Part shown: piece by piece, positions 1 through 64,000 of the stretch
How the letters are laid out: each line of letters begins with the position of its first letter
How positions within the stretch are numbered: position 1 is the stretch's first letter
Assembly (NCBI GenBank): GCA_002269645.1
Contig: NIVC01000059.1
Coordinates: forward strand, 806,001-870,000
Length of the DNA stretch: 64,000 bases
DNA from: Macrostomum lignano
Lineage: Eukaryota
Reading direction: 5' to 3'
Position numbers and translations under genes: made by a program
The notes under the pieces: generated by a model
Told to the model about the DNA's origin: nothing
Database searches by the model: none
What the model saw: the letters and a program-made list of their open reading frames with translations, nothing else

Positions 1-546
1 CCGATCCGGGTGCCTGACTCAGCTTCCGGACCCCGCCGAGCTGCCTGGTCGGACACAGCAATTAGCGGGCTTCAGTCTGTTTCTAAGAAAACGCTAGCTA
101 GCACTGCTGGCCGGGTCGGAGAAAGTTATAAACGAAACAGAGGCGGCGATATCTGCCGGCCAGGACTGCACAACATGTACAGCCAAACTATTGGCAACAC
201 GAGCTCAGAGTCTCAGAGTCCAACTTAAAAAAGCTCTTCCGCTGAAATTTTCAATCTGTTCGAAATACTTTAGAGCTTATTTTCTTACAAGCCGGTTGCC
301 TCTGTCTCTCTCTGATTTTTACTGAAACAGAAGTTCCAGGGCTTGGCAAACTACTTTTTCTGTTATCCACCTCTCCCCTGCATTTACGCACATACCGAAT
401 CCCCGCGCTCGAAGTTCGACGACCCAAGCCAGCGGGGCGCAGCATTTCCATTCGCCATCCAACCCCAGCCTCCGCCAATCCAGCTAAGGATATCTACGAA
501 CGAACCTGGACTGGAAGAAAGATCTGCATCTGGTTAGAGACAAGCA

Positions 547-1308
547 CCCTTGGTGCTGGCGCCCCTGGTGCTGGCGCCCCTGGTGCTGGCGCCCGTGGTG
601 CTGGCGCCCGTGGTGCTGGCGCCCCTGGTGCTAAAGCCCCTGGTGCTAAAGCCCCTGGTGCTAAAGCCCCTGGTGCTAAAGCCCCTGGTGCTAAAGCCCC
701 TGGTGCTAAAGCCCCTGGTGCTAAAGCCCCTGGTGCTGGCGCCCCTGGTGCTGGCGCCCCTGGTGCTAAAGCCCCTGGTGCTGGCGCCCCTGGTGCTAAA
801 GCCCCTGGTGCTAAAGCCCCTGGTGCTAAAACCCCTAGTGCTAAAGCCCCTGGTGCTGGCGCCCCTGGTGCTAAAGCCCCTGGTGCTAAAGCCCCTGGTG
901 CTAAAGCCCCTGGTGCTAAAGCCCCTGGTGCTGGCGCCCCTGGTGCTGGCGCCCCTGGTGCTGGCGCCCCTGGTGCTGGCGCCCCTGGTGCTGGCGCCCC
1001 TGGTGCTGGCGCCCCTGGTGCTAAAGCCCCTGGTGCTAAAGCCCCTGGTGCTAAAGCCCCTGGTGCTAAAGCCCCTGGTGCTAAAACCCCTAGTGCTAAA
1101 GCCCCTGGTGCTGGCGCCCCTGGTGCTAAAGCCCCTGGTGCTGGCGCCCCTGGTGCTAAAGCCCCTGGTGCTAAAGCCCCTGGTGCTAAAACCCCTAGTG
1201 CTAAAGCCCCTGGTGCTAAAGCCCCTGGTGCTAAAACCCCTAGTGCTAAAGCCCCTGGTGCTAAAGCCCCTGGTGCTGAAGCCCCTGGTGCTGAAGCCCC
1301 TGGTGCTA
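547..1308. repeat. 15-bp minisatellite CCCCTGGTGCT(GGCG/AAAG), about 51 units
   Basis: Direct inspection; explains ORFs 494..1318 and 550..1335. Confidence 0.97.
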
Positions 1309-2210
1309 ACAATTTCAAATTTCAGCGGTTATTAAAAGGACTACGAGTATATAATTCACCTTAAAAACTTGTTGGGCCAATTTTCTAGTCCAGACCCAGG
1401 CCGATTTCCAGAGGTCCCTGTCATCCAGCAGCCCTCATCAATGACCAGAGCTTCTTTTAGTATCGACCCGGAATTGCTATGGACGGAAGGACAGCCCGCG
1501 GGTGTAGCGGTGAGAGAACGGAATGAAGCGCATGGGCATTATGCGCCACGAGGGACTGGAATAATGGGAAGACAGGGGGAGGCGGGGAAGACGGGAGATG
1601 GGGAGAGCAGAAACCTGCCCCATATTTTTATGGGACGAATGTCGAGGGATGGGGGCGGCGTCTTCTAGTTTAACCACACGTCCGGGAGCCCCCCCCCCGC
1701 AGCGCCATGCCAGGCCCTCAGCACGTTTTGGGATTTCGAATGCAGGGGAGAACTTGCAAGTTGCCGCACAACCGCGCGTGCGCTTCGGCGTACGCGGCCT
1801 TCGGGAGCTACCCAAGTCTGTCTGTCTGTCTGCCTGTCTGTCTTTCGAGAAATTTCAAAAGCCCGTGAGCTGTAAATTTCAAATAGTCACTTCTACTAGC
1901 TCTTAATTTCAATGGACTTCAGCGATGTAAATTTCCAAGCTTACTACGACTTCGTCTGTCGGTTTTTCGTCGTCCAAACCGTCTGCATTTTTAACGCCCG
2001 TTTACATACAAATCTTCGTACTATCTAGCGGACTTTTCTTTACAATTCATTCCAAATCTTTATTTTCAAATCTACACGTAGATAAACAAACAGAAGAACT
2101 TATGCAGTACGCACTACTTGCTATCGTCAGTAGCAGTTAAAACAAATCAGGATTGCGTATTTCAAACTGTATTAAATTTCAAAAAGGGCCGTCCGTCGCC
2201 CACTTATTTA

Positions 2211-2644
2211 AGTCAGTCAACTGACTCAGTCAGTCAGTCAGTCAGTCAGTCAGTCAGTCAGTCAGTCAGTCAGTCAGTCAGTCAGTCAGTCAGTCAGTCA
2301 GTCAGTCAGTCAGTCAGTCAGTCAGTCAGTCAGTCAGTCAGTCAGTCAGTCAGTCAGTCAGTCAGTCAGTCAGTCAGTCAGTCAGTCAGTCAGTCAGTCA
2401 GTCAGTCAGTCAGTCAGTCAGTCAGTCAGTCAGTCAGTCAGTCAGTCAGTCAGTCAGTCAGTCAGTCAGTCAGTCAGTCAGTCAGTCAGTCAGTCAGTCA
2501 GTCAGTCAGTCAGTCAGTCAGTCAGTCAGTCAGTCAGTCAGTCAGTCAGTCAGTCAGTCAGTCAGTCAGTCAGTCAGTCAGTCAGTCAGTCAGTCAGTCA
2601 GTCAGTCAGTCAGTCAGTCAGTCAGTCAGTCAGTCAGTCAGTCA
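2211..2644. repeat. (GTCA)n microsatellite
   Basis: Perfect tetramer run. Confidence 0.98.
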
Positions 2645-4119
2645 TGTAACTCACCTAAACTCCAAGGAATCGAGCAGACGAGAGAATTTCTTGGCTTTCC
2701 AAATCGAAGCTGCTAAATTGGTTTTGAGTTGCTTTTATCCAAAGTCGAAGTCCAAGCGAGAGAAACGATTATTTTAAGCCTGAGCGCTGATTTCGTTGAC
2801 TGGTGGTACGAGCTACCCTGACGGAAGCAGAGAATTCAAAGCAGTTAGAAGGGGGAGGCTTATCCAGTTGTGTGGCGAGAGAGAGGAATGGCAATAAAAT
2901 ATTACTGCGTTTCCGACCGTTTAGCAATAAAACAACTAATTTACCTAGTAGTATTGAGTGGCAGTGCGGGGTAGCAATGGGTTTCTATTGCAGGCAACAT
3001 TGCTCAGCGAAGTGAGCAGGGAACCGGTGCTTGAGCACTGACTGCTGCAGAATCCTCAGTGCAGTAGAGGATTCGAACAGAAAGATGCATGGGAACTATC
3101 ATACACACATATATTTATATATAAATTTCCCTCAGAGAAGTTGCCTGTGTTATCCCGACGAATCGCAGAGGCACCAGCAGGGGGATGGGAAAAAGCAGGA
3201 AGAAAAGCAAAAGTCCAACTTTTTAGCCCTTTTCGAATGCCTTCAAAAACTGGGATGGATTCGGTATTAAGGAGGCAGGAACTGGGATGTGTATGTTGTT
3301 GGGGGGGGGGGAAGGGGTGTAGATGGGAATATTCAAGCTTCCGTAGGTCAGTTCGGAAGACACCTGCGCCGCGCGCTTCTGCACGGTTAGTCGCTAGGGA
3401 GCCTGTTAAACGAAGCGCACATAAAAAAGAGGGCCAGAGGCCCAGAGAGCCCAGAGCTCCAATACCGCGCGCAGACCTTGGCAAGAAAGTCTTGCCAACC
3501 ATTGGGCAAACACAATGTCCGGCCGAATCTGCTGAGTGTGCAGATTTCTCGTACAATTCCTGTAAATTGTAGTTCAGCCATCGAACTGTACACTGCATGA
3601 TCGGGTCCAAAAAAATTTCACTATCGTTGCAAAAAGAAACTTCACCCTGTTGGGGTGTCAACTGGTCTATTGTTACTAAACTTTATCTCTATCTCTAGGT
3701 AGTGCTTATATTAATCAATTTTGCACAAAATTAGATACTTTATAATTCCTCCTAAAGGGTGCATAGAGCCGTTTCCTATCAAGTACACCCAATCCTAGAA
3801 TTTGATTGTACCAATTCGTTTTTAATATTTTCGTATCTGCCAGAAAAACCTCACCTGAGGAGGATTGGTGGGGTTTGCAGTCTACTAGCTGTACTAAATT
3901 TGTTGGAATACTTATATAGCTAACTTTTTATAGATTTCTTATTAATTCTAGAACATATTGTACGAACATTATCTACGACGAAATACCTTTAGCTATAGTT
4001 CTTTAAATCGTAAAAGTCACTGTAAGCGCAGCAAACTACTGCGTGAGTCTATCTATAAGTAGTACGCTCGTATTTTAAAATTCTTTTTTTATCAATAAAG
4101 CAGCACAAAAACGGTTTCG

Positions 4120-4211
<92 letters not shown>

Positions 4212-4222
4212 GCCTGTCTGCC

Positions 4223-4291
<69 letters not shown>

Positions 4292-4318
4292 GCCTGTCTG
4301 TCTGTCTGTCTGTCTGTC
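4120..4318. repeat. (TCTG)n microsatellite
   Basis: Tetramer run. Confidence 0.97.
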
Positions 4319-5124
4319 TTGCTGTCAGTCTGAAGAGGAGAAGAGCTTGCGTACAACACAATTTATTTCTGGAGTACTCCTACATGTATATAGGTAAATG
4401 TTTACTACAGGTATATAATTATGACTTCTAAAACCTCATCTACAAGGAAATGCTTGTATTATCTTTTTAACCATAAAAGTCACTGTGAGCGCGGCAAAAC
4501 TACTGCGTAAGTAGTTCTAAAAGTAGTATATAAAGTTTCCTATGGTAAATCAATAAAACCCAACAAAAACTACTGAAATATATATTATAGTTTCTTTTAC
4601 CAACACGAAGGTTAGCTAATGACTAATGGAGAAATGTTGTATTTTCAATAGCCAAATACAAACTCAACGGCCCCATTCTCTGCCATGAAACCGCACTCGG
4701 CCATAGACAACACAGGTCAATCAAGTGCAAATTATAAACAGATAAAGAGACTACAACAGTACAACAGGTCACAATAAATTAACTCGGCTATTAAATATTC
4801 TCGAATGAGTTGAAATTTACAGAGAAAAACAATAAGATTGCAAAGTGATTTTTTATATAATATAACTGTCATTAAGGGCTCTAGCATTCACGGTAATGTG
4901 ATTCAACAAAATAAATAATTGACATTTACTTGTGTACAAAAACTGAAAAATCCGTCTCTGCGTTAATATACTCGACTGCTAAAGATTGCTTTAATAAATA
5001 AGCAAAAAAGTGGAAAACAAAACAAAGCAATTATGGGATAATGAGAGGTACTTTAAAAACTAATACACGCAATCAAATCGTGTCATAGCGAACACAGTTT
5101 TTATTAGTTTCTATAAATATTGTA

Positions 5125-5922
5125 ATTCACCTGTTCCATATTGTGATTCACCTGTTCCATATTGTGATTCACCTGTTCCATATTGTGATTCACCTGTTCC
5201 ATATTGTGATTCACCTGTTCCATATTGTGATTCACCTGTTCCATATTGTGATTCACCTGTTCCATATTGTGATTCACCTGTTCCATATTGTGATTCACCT
5301 GTTCCATATTGTGATTCACCTGTTCCATATTGTGATTCACCTGTTCCATATTGTGATTCACCTGTTCCATATTGTGATTCACCTGTTCCATATTGTGATT
5401 CACCTGTTCCATATTGTGATTCACCTGTTCCATATTGTGATTCACCTGTTCCATATTGTGATTCACCTGTTCCATATTGTGATTCACCTGTTCCATATTG
5501 TGATTCACCTGTTCCATATGGTGATTCACCTGTTCCATATTGTGATTCACCTGTTCCATATTGTGATTCACATGTTCCTTATTGTGATTCACCTAGCTGT
5601 TCGATTTGTGAATCACGTACCTGTTCGATATTGTGAATCACGTACCTTTTCGATATTGTGAATCACCTGTTCGACATTGTGAATCACCTGTTCGACATTG
5701 TGAATCACCTGTTCGACATTGTGAATCACCTGTTCGACATTGTGAATCACCTGTTCGACATTGTGAATCACCTGTTCGACATTGTGAATCACCTGTTCGA
5801 CATTGTGAATCACCTGTTCGACATTGTGAATCACCTGTTCGACATTGTGAATCACCTGTTCGACATTGTGAGTCACCTGTTCGACATTGTGAATCACCTG
5901 TTCGACATTGTGAATCACCTGT
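5125..5922. repeat. 21-bp minisatellite ATTGTGATTCACCTGTTCCAT switching to ATTGTGAATCACCTGTTCGAC
   Basis: Direct inspection. Confidence 0.96.
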
Positions 5923-6073
5923 TTAACTCTCTGGTGTCACCCTGTGTTACATGGTGTGTCACCTGCAATTACAAACTTATTTACACTTACAACAATACTT
6001 CTCCAAGAACTAATGCAACAGAATAGAAAGTTTATATACAGAGAACAGACCAGAGTTTCTCACTCCCTCCTAC

Positions 6074-63413
<57,340 letters not shown>

Positions 63414-64000
63414 CTGTTAATAAAGTGATTGTGTTGGAGACACTAAATGGTAGGTTTTTGAAAAATAAATGACACAAGTAAAGACTGTTCTATGCTTGCA
63501 AAGAAGATTCCTGCAAATTTGGTTTTGGATCAAATAGAGACAAACAACTCATTTTTATTAATAGTAGATAGGATAGATACCATGTAGGAAACCTTAACAA
63601 TCATATAAATCACTCATTTTGTATTTTTTTAAATAGAGCAATACTATGCGTCAAGGTGAAGCAAAAAGTATTGCTAAATATTAAATCATATACACTAAAT
63701 GCTTGCAATAAATCACTTTTATAATTGTACACTGACAGACAGGTCTTATTCATTTCTATGAAGAAACTCAATTTGACAATTCTTTTGCTCTACTGCAAAG
63801 CAAAAATAAAATGCTTTCATTAATGAAGAGATTATTGATTAAGATATTTTAATTCTAAAAAATTAAAAGTGTGTGCTTCTAGACACAGATAAAACAGCGC
63901 AAAGCTACTAAATGGCCCACTTAAACTAAAAAAATATGTGCAAGCATAAGTTATAAACGCGTCATTTGGATAGCATGCACATCGTCATTTGACATTTATT

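Noticed and set aside
1-228. Plus-strand open frame at the window edge, possibly a terminal exon of a neighbouring gene
   Set aside because: No recognisable homology, and no acceptor or nearby poly(A) signal visible.
494-1335. Collagen-like GAPAP/GALAP and PLVLK ORFs
   Set aside because: Translations of a 15-bp minisatellite; Gly periodicity is 5 not 3, and there are no unique coding flanks.

Overview
Eukaryotic (metazoan) genomic window. GC-rich exons, poly-Q/poly-A tracts and very dense 15-31 bp minisatellites suggest a free-living flatworm such as Macrostomum (inference only). Nearly the whole window is one minus-strand gene, CASK/lin-2 (CaMK-like, L27, L27, PDZ, SH3, HOOK, GuK). I reconstructed 16 coding exons from 63413 down to the stop at 6074. 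All have GT-AG boundaries and matching phases, giving 909 codons plus stop; the first coding exon appears to lie beyond the window. The introns contain an intronless, divergent class-B (secretin-like) 7TM ORF (35042-36271), a 507-codon Q/P/D-rich ORF, several candidate alternative first exons that would give kinase-less isoforms, a decayed D,D34D mariner (29833-31184), and about 30 micro/minisatellite arrays. Several arrays start within a few nt of splice sites. Most long ORFs in the supplied track are repeat-translation artefacts.
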